A DNA stretch of 64,000 bases from Entomortierella parvispora E1425 (Eukaryota > Fungi > Mortierellomycota): NCBI GenBank assembly GCA_020891255.1, contig BQFW01000003.1, forward strand, positions 1,054,001 to 1,118,000. Reading direction: 5' to 3'. This document shows positions 34,764-49,310 of this stretch, piece by piece. The first letter of the stretch is position 1. Every line of letters starts with the position of its first letter. The translations under genes were made by a program, and so were the position numbers. The notes under the pieces are model-generated. The model saw only the letters and a program-made list of their open reading frames with translations. It was not told where the DNA came from and did not search any database.

Positions 34764-36837
34764 CTAGACTTTCAAGCTTGAAACAAAAGCACCATGGAAG
34801 TTGTGTGGCGCCATCATGCCCGTCGGCATGTCGGCTCTCGCGATCTCCTCCATGGTCTGAGCATTCAAGACCAACACAAATCCTGTACGGCGGCGGCCAT
34901 CCAGTACAACTGACAGTAGGACTCCGTCGTCCTCTGCCTTGGCATCGGGACTGGGGACAAAGACGGGCTCGGAGGGTGTACATTGGTCCTCGATCCAAAA
35001 CTTGGCGCTGCCTTTCGAATCGCCCTTCTTCACCTTGTCCAGATCCACCTTGACGATACGATCGTAGATCAAGGTCCTGTTCTGACCCGATCGGTTCACA
35101 CCATACGCGTAACGGTAGTTGCGCAAGTAATAGCTTGGGTTCAGAGAAGGCAGCTCAAAGTTGATGGAGCGATCCAACTCAAAGACAATCTCGGCCTTGG
35201 CGGGCTTGGGTGACTGACCCTTCGTCAAGCTTGAGGCCGCGGCGTATTTGGGGATGTTGTTGAGGCGGTAACGACGCAAGAATCCCTGCTGTGGGGGCTT
35301 TCCAGAAGTCTCATTTCGAAGGTTGTCAATGTAATAATCACCAATGACAGTATGGTCCTATGATTGCAAAAGTACAGAATGAGTCTTCTTCTCTTGAGTA
35401 GCAAAGGGCAATACACTTGAGCGGTGACTCAACAAACTTACGTTGTAGGCAGCAATATCCACGATAACATCATTGCCATCATCGAAGGCATTGATGGTAT
35501 GGAAGGCGTAGTAAGGATCGCACTCGTATGTAGCGACATGTCTTCCAAGGTGGCGATCCACAACGTAGAATGAGCACTTGCTCTTGGGGTCGTGCTCCTT
35601 GAATGACTCCCAGGCATTGCCTGTCCACAAAACACTCATGCCCCAGGCAGCAAAGTCGCACTGCCAGTGATTGATGACCACATATCGCTTGGTCAAGCTG
35701 AAACTGTGCATGTAGGTGGGTCGAGGGGATTGGATCTCGGCCAGGATATCCAGATCCGGCTCGTGGTGGGCACCCTTTGATGACTGGCGGGTGCGGACGA
35801 CCTTGTAGACGGCCGTAGGTCCGAAAGACAGCAAGACATTAAAGTGCTCGTTTGTCTCTGGATCAACGCAAGGATGAGCCGAGGCCATGTTGCTGGACTT
35901 GAGTGCATCATCGATATCTCCATAGGTAAAGAGTCGAATGGGCTCAAGAGTGACTGGATCGATCTCCTGCATGACATTGCCATCGGTATTCATGACCATG
36001 TTGCGCACATTTGGATTCTGACCATTCTTCAACTTTGCGTCAGGGTCAGCTTTGAATCCTGGATAGTTAATGGTGGGAATCACGGCTACATTGGTGTCTG
36101 TGCCAGACAAGGGTGAACCCCCAAAGACGGCCATCTTGAAGGTGGTGAAGAACTTTTGGAAGATGGTCTTGCAAGGGTCGCGCTGGCAGAATGAGATTCC
36201 AGTCAGCATCTCGGCCTTTTTATAGCGCTCACGAAGGTCATTGGAGGTGTTGCGCGAACGGTAAGATACGCGACCGCCCTTCTGGATCTCAAATCTGTGG
36301 ACTGTTAGAGGAAGGGAAGAGTATTTTGTATGAGTATCCTATCTAGCATAGCCAGCGATCGTACCTCCCCAAGTGCCATGGTGGCAATTTCAGTAATAGA
36401 TACGTACTCTGTGCAAGACCGTCAAACCAATGCTGGATTTTGATCTCTTTGCCAGACTCGGACTTCAGGTCATAGTTTCTATTGTAGATGACAACGTTGA
36501 CAGTGAGCAACAAACAGCAATCACAAGTTGAGAACTACAGATCGCCTTTTTTTTTTCTTTCTTCTTTTTGAGCTTACCCTGGTCCCGACCGATAGAGAGT
36601 GCCCTCGAGCCATGATGGGATTGCACCCTTGACCTTCAATGACGTGGGCTGGAGAACCTCGGGGCAATTATCGTAGCCCATTGCATACGGCCACGGTTTC
36701 CCGGACGGCTTGTCCGAGATCTTCTCAACAGGGGCCGCCTTTGCCTGACCTTTGTCCGCGACTTTCTCAACAGAGGCCGACTTTACATGACCTTTATTTT
36801 TGTTTCCTGATTTGTTTCCTGATTTGTTGCGACCCAT
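34764..36837 (-). CDS. Carotenoid cleavage oxygenase (RPE65/CCD family; CarS/AcaA-like)
   Basis: YRSGPG, HWFDGLA, four Fe-ligand His motifs (SAHP, YMHSF, AFHTIN, PHNFHG), ELPSLNP, EPVFVPSP..EDDGVLLSVV. Confidence 0.93.
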
Positions 36838-38552
36838 TGTGTAAGTGGAGAGAAGGAGAGGGATTGGAGAGAGAGAGAGAAATGACCAGAAGTGAGCGAG
36901 GATGAAAGGAAAAGGGAAAGAGAAAGAAAGAAAAGAGCGAGAGAAGAAAACCGAAGGAGGAAAATAACCCCGAGAAAAGGAAAAAAACCACACGGATCCT
37001 GCGAGTCTTTGGGCACCCTTCGAGGTAGCGAACAGGGTGCAATGTTGAATCACCCGAGCTGGGATTTGCCCACTCCCCCTTTCAGGTTGTTATCGCCAGA
37101 TCCTTGACTGTAACGCGATGAAGAGAAAATGAATACTCCAAACTTTTTTTTTTCCCACCCATGCTACTAAGAGCCACAAGGATGCGGTAAAATGCGCGGA
37201 AAAGTTGAAAAAACGAAAGGGGGGGGGTAAAGACCTGCATGTGCGATCTCGAAGCACTGGCCTCTCAAAAACAATTCAATGATGCGTGTCGGTCTAGACT
37301 TTTATTTTTTATTTTATTTTTTCGTTATTATACCTGTCGCATGCTCCTTTGAACTGCTCTTGACGCTTAGCAAAAAAAAAAAAAAAGTCGTTCAAAGAGT
37401 CGCTCTCTTTTTGTTTGCGCGCTTGGGAAGTTTGTTTGCGTTTCAATCCATCTATTGCTTACAAAAGAAACAGTAGGACGAGATCTACGTAGCGCGTAAA
37501 CATGTTCCATTTGAAAAAAAAAAAACAACAACGTCCCTTTCCAGTTTTGACCCATTTCAGCTCTTCCCGATCGAAGCAATTGGTCGACTTGGGCATCATT
37601 GTGGGAACATCGCTTACGAGTGTGCTGTAGCGTGTGAACACACTGCCACTGACTTCATAAGTGTGGTCAGCGGCGGTCAGGACGACATGATCGAATCTTC
37701 TCTCCGCCATGGACCGGACCTATTGACGCTAAATAAAAAGTCAGAAAACCAGTTCGGTCCTGATGTCCGAATAGCACAAATAAAGCAAGGGGTGTAAGCA
37801 GGGGGGTAAGCGAAAATGATAGCGCAAAAAAAACACCGAGCCTGTGCTGGCAATCGGACTTCATCTTTTGATGCACAAGCTGAACACAGCAGCAAAAAAA
37901 TCAACGCCAGAAAATGTAAAAGCGCAAAAAAAAAAAAAAAAAAAAAGACCCTGGAGAGTATGAGAGCACTAGGGTGCCAGCGCCGCACCCACCCCACCAT
38001 CAGGCCTTCGGGAGTTGACTCTGTGCGGGGAACTTGGAGAGATATTTCGACCATTGCACTTGATGGTGTCTTTGTGCAACCTAGCAGCTGGATTAGCACA
38101 TCCCAATGGCTCTCTTTCTCCTTTTTGCTTTTTTCCGCGACAAAGATGCCACCGACTTTCCTGTGGTAAAGAAAAAAAAAACAATCGTTGTCCAACTCGC
38201 GCACTTTTAGCCGATCGGTCTTGCCTGGGCCCTGTACGGGGATGAATAGAGATCTATCTTATCCTCCGACCCCTCGGGGAGGATTAGCTGGTAAGTGTGG
38301 TCAAGCAAGATTGGTAGTCTCTAACAGACACAGAGTAATGACTTTACTGTTCGCAAGTGTGGGAGAAAAAAAACGCATGTGTCCTCTCCTCTTTCTGTCT
38401 TCCGACATTGTGCCAGAGATCGCATTTAAGAAGCATGCCCCCCTGTCCCATCTCCTCTCTTTTCTACTTTCCTCCTGTCGCTCCCATCACCCTCCAACTC
38501 AAGAAAACCACAAGACGCCGTTCACCCAACCTCGGATCGAATCTCTTCCGTC

Positions 38553-40217
38553 ATGAATAGCACGAACCTGCCTCACTCCGAGCACATCGACTGGAGCAAT
38601 GGAGAGATCGCCTATCGGATGTATCTCAGTTACGTTTCCCTCTTTTTCGATGTTGCTGTTCTTGCGTACCATTTCTCGACACCATTCCATCCAAAGGTAT
38701 GGGCTTCGTTTTGTGCATCTCCATGTATCACAAGGACTAGATCAGGAATGGCAGTGGTGAGGAAAAGGCAGCATTCGCTAACACAACATTTCCTTATGGC
38801 ACTTCCTTAGTTTTACGTGAAGTCTGCCAGAAGGCGCGTCCTTCGATTGCACATCTGGAGCGGTTGCATGGAAAGTAAGTACATCCTCCTGGAAGGTTGC
38901 TTTCTAGTTGCATCAGAAACAAAAGATGATGTCTAACGTTGCCTACTTTCCGCTGCTCACTTCAATTGCTAGTTATCGCCTGCATTGCTGCCTTCTACGC
39001 CGAGGATCCTACAAAGTACGCTTACGCAGCGACCGTTTTTGCTCTTATTTCCCACGTTCCCTCGACGTTTTATCAAATCCCGACTGTTCTTGGAATTAAG
39101 GCCTTCCTGGTCCCGTCTCTTTCTTTGGTCACCGCCTTGCATGGATACTTTGCAGTGAACCTGGTGCTCAACCCAACGTCGTTCTACTACCTGATTTCGA
39201 CCTACATGACCGTTCATATTTATGCTTGGTCCCGCGTCTTCTTTGCGCTCTACTACCGATTCAAGCTCTTTGAGGGCCATCGATTCTCGGCTGCCATGTT
39301 GACAAGTGGAATGTTGCTGATCCCTTCCGTCATGGGCATCCAAGGCAACTTGATCCTGCTGGTGGGTGTGGTGGCTTCTGATATCGTTCTGCGTTACTGC
39401 AACTCGCACGAGTTCTGGGTCTCCTGGACGACGGAACATCCTCGTGAATTGGCCACGTCCCCGGAAAAGAAGATGGTTCTGGAAACGCTGATCACTGCTG
39501 CAGAGGTTGCCCATAACGTGGACGCGATGGCCGTTCAGAACCCCAAGGATCGGTACGCTCATATCTGTCACAGGATCATGTCTGTGAATGTCCGCCACTC
39601 GAGCCCCCGATCCAAGGCGGAGACAGTATTCAAGGCCATCGATGTCAACCACGACAATGAGTTGAGCGTGAGTGAATTCAAGCATTTCTTGTCTGCATGC
39701 GGGATCCAAGCGCACGACAAGGAGTACAGCATTTTGCTCGAGTCCCTTTTCGAGAACCGAAAGGTTTCGACCTTGGATGATTTCTGTACCTGGTTCACCA
39801 AGAATTGGCTCCACAACAACTCTATTTCGATCCCACGGCTGCCAAAGACGCCGCGCGGTCAAGCAAAGTTGGTCTTTGAGACCTTGGACTCGGACAGCTC
39901 GGGTTATTTGGACATTGAGGAGCTCCAGCATCTTTTGGTCTCTTGGGGATTGCCCGAAAGTGAGGCTGCTGGATACCTCAAGGTAAACAAAAAAAAAAAA
40001 AATACAAAAGATGCACATACCCCTTTTCTCCCCTTTTTCCAGTCTCGAGCCCAACCACTAACAAGTTGTCTTGTTGCCTTTCAAAAAAATACAGGAATGC
40101 GACAAGGATTCCTCCAATGGCATTGACTTTATCGAGTTTTACGAGAACATGCCCACCATCTGGAAGTTTGCAATTCAATCCTTCATCGACGAAGGCAAGA
40201 TTCTGATCGAGCCATAG
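38553..40217 (+). CDS. Uncharacterised ~7-TM membrane protein with intramembrane histidines and C-terminal EF-hands
   Basis: Four exons (38553-38696, ~38811-38874, ~38972-39982, ~40095-40217). EF loops DVNHDNELSVSEF, DSDSSGYLDIEEL and DKDSSNGIDFIEF. About seven hydrophobic segments in the N-terminal half. Confidence 0.8.
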
Positions 40218-40322
40218 AAGTTACCCTTTTTCTCAAACCAAAAGTGTCGTCAAAAAATAAAATGCTATTTTCTCAGTTCTATCTTAACATCTGAGAGAGA
40301 TGAAAGGGAAGAGTCCATCCAC

Positions 40323-42267
40323 TCAAGCAAGGTCAGGTCGCACAGCTGCAGCGATACCGATCTGGCGATTGAGGTGATCCAACGTGATGTAGTTGTTTAC
40401 AAAGAACAGATTGCCCAATACCCAATCGTCCTCATCGTTCTTGCTGGCCTGGATACCCGAGTAACAGAGATTAAAAATGTGGCCTATGACGGGGACTCTT
40501 TCCCTCACTAGATCCGAGCCCGCAATCTTGAACCGTCTTGTCCTGACATCTCCTTCTGCACTGTTACTCAGGACTGTTGGATTGCTGTGAACAAGTGCTT
40601 GGTTGACAACCGATCCGGCTCCGACCTTGGACGCTGGAGAGGCAAGCTCAATCCAGACATCAGCTTTGTGATCACAGGCGATCGTGTACGCTCCAGTAAT
40701 GTAGCTGTATCCTGAGTACCAGCCAAACATCCAGTTGTGGATGTATTGATGGGCCGCTAGGGCCACTCTGGGCGGCAGAAGGATCAAGTTAGATGAAGTA
40801 TCAAAGATGACATTAGGGAGATCCTGTTTGGTTCCAGATCCAACGCGCGACTGAACTTGTTTGAAAGTAGATGGGGCTGGAGGTGGACCCGCAGGAAGAT
40901 TGATCGGGGCTTTTGTTGAGTTGGCATCTGTGAGTGGGGTGGATACTTCAGGGACAGTCGTTTTTGGAGTTGGGACTTTTGCAGGGGAGGGAGGCTGTCC
41001 AGGGATCTCGACCACGATCGATTTGACAAAGGTGGACCAGTACTTGGAGCCGGCTTGTACGTTGAAGTAGGACATTTCCCCGGTGTAGCGCTTTCTGTCC
41101 TTGCCTCCAAAGACGAGCTCACCCCCTTGGTTGCCAGACCCGAGCCATATACCGATCTACACAATATCCATCGAATGTTGAAATCAAGTGTGTTAACTCT
41201 CATTCACCTACTTCATGTACAGTCGTGCAGACTGGATGGTCTCCCTTTACCTCTGAGTTCATTCTTTTTGTCGAGACGAGGTTCTGGACTGGAGTCGCGT
41301 CACCTACATAAGACAAGATACAGAAGGCGGTCAACGACAACAAGATGAAGACAATGTCACTCTGGGTTGCAAAGTAGTCAACATTTACCATGTAGTGAGA
41401 GCTCAGACAGCCCCAGTCCAAAGGATCCATCAATGCCATTCTCCTTGAACTCACTGAGAGTCGTGGCCATACCGATGACCTGTCGATCTACAACAAAGCC
41501 TCCAACTTGCAATAAATCTGTTTGCAAAAAACCTTTTGCGGCCGAGTTATCGCTAAAGTGTACACCCCAAGGCACATTGGGGACGCGCTCAAAAGTGGAG
41601 GATCGGTTGGGATGGAAATAGCGCCGACGACCTGAACATTCCACAGAGCCTGAACAGGTCGCCTTTGCCAACGCAATCCATGTATCTGCCGAGCCAACGT
41701 CGAATTGGAGATGAAAATACTGGGGAGGCGTGCCAATGCCAACATCGCCTACAAACTAATTTTGGGCAGAGAGATCTCTGGTCAATCCATCAGTTTCGTC
41801 TTGGATCACAAGAAACTCAGCATTTGTAAACCACAGCATCATACAGCAGTTTCGAGGGCGTTGATTTGGACAGGAACCCGCTCGGCATCAATCTTTTTGG
41901 ATATAAATGGAGGATTGTCACCGTCATTGTTGACCTCCAATCGCTGTTGTTGCTGTTGTTGATGTATTGAACTTTTCTTTCTTTCAATCCTAGAAAGCGG
42001 CCGACTGTTCTCGCCTGTTGATTCAAAACGGTCTACAGTTTGCTGGATGGTGGTGCGGATATCTCCTGGGGTTGCGTTGTTCACTCGTTTTATGGTCACA
42101 CTTGGAAAAAAGACGATAGAGACGTGTGAATACAATCGTATAGATGAAGGAGGTGAAAAAAAATAGGAAATCGTTTTGGTTCTCCTCGCTGGTTACCGAT
42201 GGGGATCCGCTGCATTGGATGCGGAAACGATCGCCAACAAAAGCACTCCAAAGACCGAGCTTTTCAT
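40323..42267 (-). CDS. Secreted pepsin-like aspartic protease (A1) with non-canonical active-site motifs
   Basis: Signal peptide MKSSVFGVLLLAIVSASNA; VGIGTPPQYFHLQFDVGSADTW, SSTF, DGSFGLG, GELVFGG, IFDTSSNLILLP, WVLGNLF, DHLNRQIGIA. Confidence 0.88.
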
Positions 42268-42408
42268 CAGTTGTAGAGTTGTAGAATGGTGGGAGGGAGG
42301 GGATAAAAAGGATAAAGAGCGGTAAAGTGAGAGACACTGGGTAAAAAATATAGGAGATCGGTCCAGATAAGGATGCATTCTCGGACGATTTTTTTAATTA
42401 CAACTCGG

Positions 42409-44718
42409 CTATCTAGAGAAGTCTCTATCCTCTGCAACGGGGAGGTTACCGGTTTTAGTGAACGTCTCCAGAACTGTTACGAGGCGCGCTTTACTTGGGG
42501 CCGCTTCTTTTGGGATGATGGGAAGAATGTCGTCATGAACAAGTCTAAGCACTTTGACGGCTTGGCCCTTGTAGGTGCGCAAGAAACTGTTCCCACAGAT
42601 GTCTAGGAAAGTGGCTACAAGACCCGGGGTGATATTGCGAGGGGCCAAATTCAGAGTCCTGGCGAGCCATGTCCATCCGTTGGAGAGAGGATAGTTGTTC
42701 TTGCCGACTATACAAACACGCAAGGTCGTACGAATATTAGAATATGAATAGTCCACCAGTGAACACATCGATCTCAAGAGATCTGGTGAATTACCTTGTG
42801 GAGTTGTTTGTATAATGGCGCAGTACAAAGTGAACATTGCGTTTTGTCGTTTGATATGTTCTTCCTCGTTCTCAAAACGCTTTTCTAATCTCATATAGCC
42901 CAGCTTCTTGAGATGTTCATTAGGATCCTCTCCCTGTTAAAAGGCAACAATGAACCAATGTCAGTAATTAATTAAAAGCTATACATGCTGTTTTTTACAC
43001 AGCTGTTCGCATGGTTAGATGCAGCAAAAGACATACCTTCTCTAGCTTGAAATAAATGGGTATCGTGTAAGGGCACTTTCTGGAAAATCGTGCCATGAGA
43101 ATGTCCAGAAACATCTCATGCTTCCCGAATAAAAGCACTGCGGCATAGGCAAGAGGAAAGGCTGGCCCAGCTTTGACCAAACATTCGAGACCGGCTTGAT
43201 TCTATCATTTTGTTCAAGGTATTGGTTAAGGTCCCAGATAAAAAACTCTTGGAGTCGAGAGGTTCTACTTACGATGAGCTTTTTCGAGGTGAAGTTAAGG
43301 ATCCAATAGTATGGCACCTCGCCACCTCTGTTCTTCACATCCGTAAAGATCTCATCGATTTCGGACGCCTATGTTAGAAACGGATAAAAGGTTTTAGCGC
43401 ATGTATCCTATTCGTAAAAAATAAACTGGGTTGGAATAGAGACAGTGTGCAGCCATACCACGAGGAAAACTTCCTTTTGCTTGTGCACGATGCGTCCTAG
43501 AATGGCGATGATATCGCGTTTGCGATTCATGCACCACTTTCTAATATCGGGAGCGAGCCCTTTGAAGGCTGGATTGACTGTCTTTTTGATATGATCTAGG
43601 ATAGCCTGGTATGTCTTCCACTCTTCCAATGCTGCAGGACTGACGCGATCACTGCCCTGAGCAGCAACTGCAGCCGCTGCCTCGCCAGCCGCTGCTTCAG
43701 CCAGTTTCCTGGCTTGTTCTGCTGCCTTTTCTGCCTCTTCCTTCTTCTTTTTCTCGGCCGCCTCCTTTTGAGCCTGTGCCGCCTGCTTTTTTGCCTCTAT
43801 TTCCTTTGCAATTCTTTCCTTTTCTCTTTGTTCGGCTTGCAAAGCCTCTTCCCGAATGCGCCTAGCCATGTCACGCTCCTCCTGGATCCTCGCTATACAG
43901 CCTTCAATTTCCTAGAGAAACCAATGTTTGAAGGAATACAGGTTAGCAGCAAATCACTGCCAATATCCCGCTCTCACTTGAAAAATATCTCGAGATAATC
44001 TATACATTGTTGAGTTGCTTGTTCCGCTCTTCCATTTCCTGAATTCGACGTTGCTTGGCAGCTTCCCTTTTCCTGGCGGATAATTCCAACTTCTTTTGCA
44101 CGTCATCGTCAGGAAGCCACGAGACAGTTGGTTGTTTGGGGACCTGATGATCGATTTGGTGAAACTCCTTGTTGAATTTTTCCGCAATAGCTGGAGCCGA
44201 AGCCTATGGTTCATCCAGAACGAATAATATTAATATGGACGACACTGTCAAAGCTAGATCCCTGTAGTTGTAGTCCTGGAGTCTATTCTTACTCTGCTTT
44301 CCTCCTGCAGTGTCAACTTTTGCATGTCCCAGGGGTCGAGTCGTCCTGTGAGAAGGGACACATAGCTTGAGAACTCGGATGTAATGACAGGCTCTTCTCG
44401 AGCTGCAGCCCTTGCTTTGGCTGTGAGTGGCAGATCAGAGTCTGATTCTTCCTCAGATGTGTCGTCGGCCAGTCCATAACCAGAACCAAAGGGTCGCCGT
44501 GCTAGCCGAGAGGGCGCACGGTCAGAGCGCGAGAGGGGAGTCCTCTTGATATGTTGGCCATCTTCTTCATCACTATTATCGAAATTCCTGTGGCCTCGGT
44601 GTCTGTCGGCCTGCGACAGGCGGAATTCTTCTACTTCCGAACTTTGGGCGTCGATCGACCCGTCCGAAAGAGAGTGGCCTAGGATAAAGCCCAAGGGAAT
44701 GTTACTGACAGGCGCCAT
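42409..44718 (-). CDS. GLE1: mRNA export factor Gle1
   Basis: Acidic N-terminus and a long coiled coil, followed by YYWILNFTSKKL, AFPLAYAAVLL, LMARFSRKCPYTIP, RQNAMFTLYCAIIQT, GWTWLARTLNL, TYKGQAVKVL. Confidence 0.88.
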
Positions 44719-44983
44719 GGCGAACTTGCAGGTATATTGTGTTCAGAGATTGGATTCTGGACGCGTTTGTGAGTTCTGCGACGGGCGAATCAGTTGAGGT
44801 TGAATAAGAGCGGAGCTATGTGAGGATGGTATTGCACCGCTTTGTAAAACCTCGCGACACGGCTACTGATGGCGAGAGGATGTTGAGGAACAGGAACAGT
44901 GAGCAAAGAGAGAACAGACGGGCGATGCATGTCCATCCATGCCAGAACCTCAAGTTGAAAGAATGAAGATCGCAAAATAGCTG

Positions 44984-45005
44984 CACGTGACCCTTGTTCA
45001 CGTGA
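44984..45005. promoter_or_regulatory. Tandem CACGTGAC E-boxes in the GLE1/alpha-tubulin divergent promoter
   Basis: gcacgtgacccttgttcacgtgac, with a CCAAT box ~35 nt downstream. Confidence 0.4.
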
Positions 45006-45189
45006 CTCACCGCGGCACCACCGGCTGGACCATTTGACCAATCACGCAGCAGCCACGGCGCTTGCACGGGGATAGCACGCACAGCAGCGGACAGGCACCA
45101 ACAACACACAACAACAGACTCTTCAAAAGACGCGCGCGCCCGCCCATCTCTTTTCTTCTTCTTCATCGGTTCCCCCTTCTGTCCCCTAA

Positions 45190-47338
<2,149 letters not shown>

Positions 47339-47637
47339 ATCCCTGTACACACCTTGGCGACCAACAATAATGCTGTTGCTTTCTAAATTCCGTTGACTGT
47401 CTCTGCCAAGCTTGAGACGACATGTGAATGGATCCAGAGAGTTGGCAGCATTGGAGAGATTTGAATTATTGCCGCAGTGCTTCTGTTGCTGGCATCAATT
47501 GTGTGAATGAGAACCAATACCAAAGCGAAAATAAAGAATGATCGTCTTGCTTTCATTCGAAAACAACTGTCCTTGGGGTTTGAAGATGATTTGAGGTTTG
47601 TGCTTGCTCAGCTTTTATTTGGCAAGGCGCGGCTGTT

Positions 47638-48898
47638 TTAAGCATGTCCATCTGTTACAATGGCTTCTTCTTGTGGAGGCTCTGCATTGGCGACAACAAG
47701 CTTTCGAACAGTCAGATCATAGATAATTTCTTCCACTTTCTTGATATCGTACTATGATTGAGGTCGAGACGTAGGTAAGAGTCATCAGCATGTCAGTTGT
47801 CAAAAATGACCACGTCTAGGCATATCAACAAGCTCCACTTTTTTTTTTTTTTTTGTTTTTTTGGCCTACCTTGATGCCGTCAAATCGCTTGCGGAGCGAA
47901 TCGTTCTTCAAGTTCAAGAGCTGAAATCCACTGTAGAGCTCCTTCAAAAACTTTCCGATGCGTACAGGCCGAGTATAGTCACCTGCGGTCACGGCATTCA
48001 CGGCGAGTCGGGACTAAGCAAATTACATTGAAATAATAAGATATCTCAGGAGTTAGATCCTGCAATTAAACTCGTCGCCGATACATATTCTGCCGAGTTC
48101 ATGCGTTTTTGTTACCAGTTCATTTGTTAATGACACGACTCCATGCAAGAACTCTTCGATCGAGATTTGGAAATCCGTGATGTTGTTGTCCAGATCCACT
48201 TTGACTGGTATTCAGGTACAGCGATGAGTAGGAGTTCGTCCATCCAATTACATGCGTTCATAAATATGCCAACATCCCATTCTTACCAGCAAAGAATCCC
48301 TCCAATTCATCCACAGTGATCAAGCGCTCGTGCTCCAGATACATGATCAAGGTCGCCAAGAAACAAGCTTGCTGCATTGGTCCTGACCAGAGATTGTTGT
48401 ACTTGTAATATTGGTTTGAGGGCACAATCTTGGCGAGGTCGCTGATATGAGACTGGATATCGGAAAAGTAAATGCGAGCTTGCGCACAGAGAGCAGGGAC
48501 TAGAGAAGAAGGGTTTATATTAGCCAACTGATAGAGTGATCGTCCTCCAAGAGGGAGAAACACGACAATAGGTGGTGAAAGGTTACGTCCCAGGATGTTT
48601 GATTTTTTCGTTGCTGCTTACCTTGCTCTTTAGGGCTTGAATGGACTCTGTTCAGTACGGCAGTGATGTTTCGGTTAGTCCTGTCCAATTCGCGAACAGC
48701 AGAGCGGATGTTGTCCTTGACAGTCTATAGGGTCGATTAATAGAGGCAGAAAGGCAACAACGACAGGTCGCGTGAGTGAGAAAGGCGAGACTCGTTCCCC
48801 CAATTGTCCAATGCACCGATTGAGTCTCATACCGCCTCATTCTCCATGGAGGACTGGATGGCATCAAAGAATCCGAGATCGACAATCGACGACGACAT
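47638..48898 (-). CDS. TSN: Translin
   Basis: IRSAVRELDR, QYYKYNNLW, IEEFLHGVVSLTNEL-SRLAVNAVTAGDY.RP, GFQLLNLKNDSLRKRFDGIK-YDIKKVEEIIYDL. Confidence 0.93.
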
Positions 48899-49310
48899 GA
48901 TGAGAGTGGTATTAGAAGATGGTTGTGGGGTTCCTGTGCCTATGCCTGTGCCAATGACAACATGGTCATTGCGCAAGTTCAAAGGCAAAAAAAAGAGTGA
49001 CTGTCTTCCAACATTGAAAATTGGTGGCAATACGGCGCGTCTTCCTTAGCCCCTTTTTTGTTGTTTGGTGTACTGCGGCAATGGTCGAGAGGTTACACTG
49101 CGGCAATGGTTCAAAAGAGAGTTTTCTTTTTCCTCTTCTTTCCTTTCTTTCCCCTTCTTCTTTATCTTTCTCAATTGCACCCCACCAAGCACCTTCTGTC
49201 ACAAACAGATCCTCACGAACGCCCTGTCCTTCCCATCGCCCATATCCTTAAAACTGTCGCTTGTAGCTAGCCCCTTCAAGTGATACCTTTCTGACAACTG
49301 ACGTTTCTGT

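Noticed and set aside
38553-40217. Rhodopsin or heliorhodopsin identity for the 7TM protein
   Set aside because: No retinal-binding Lys in the last helix and no opsin motifs.
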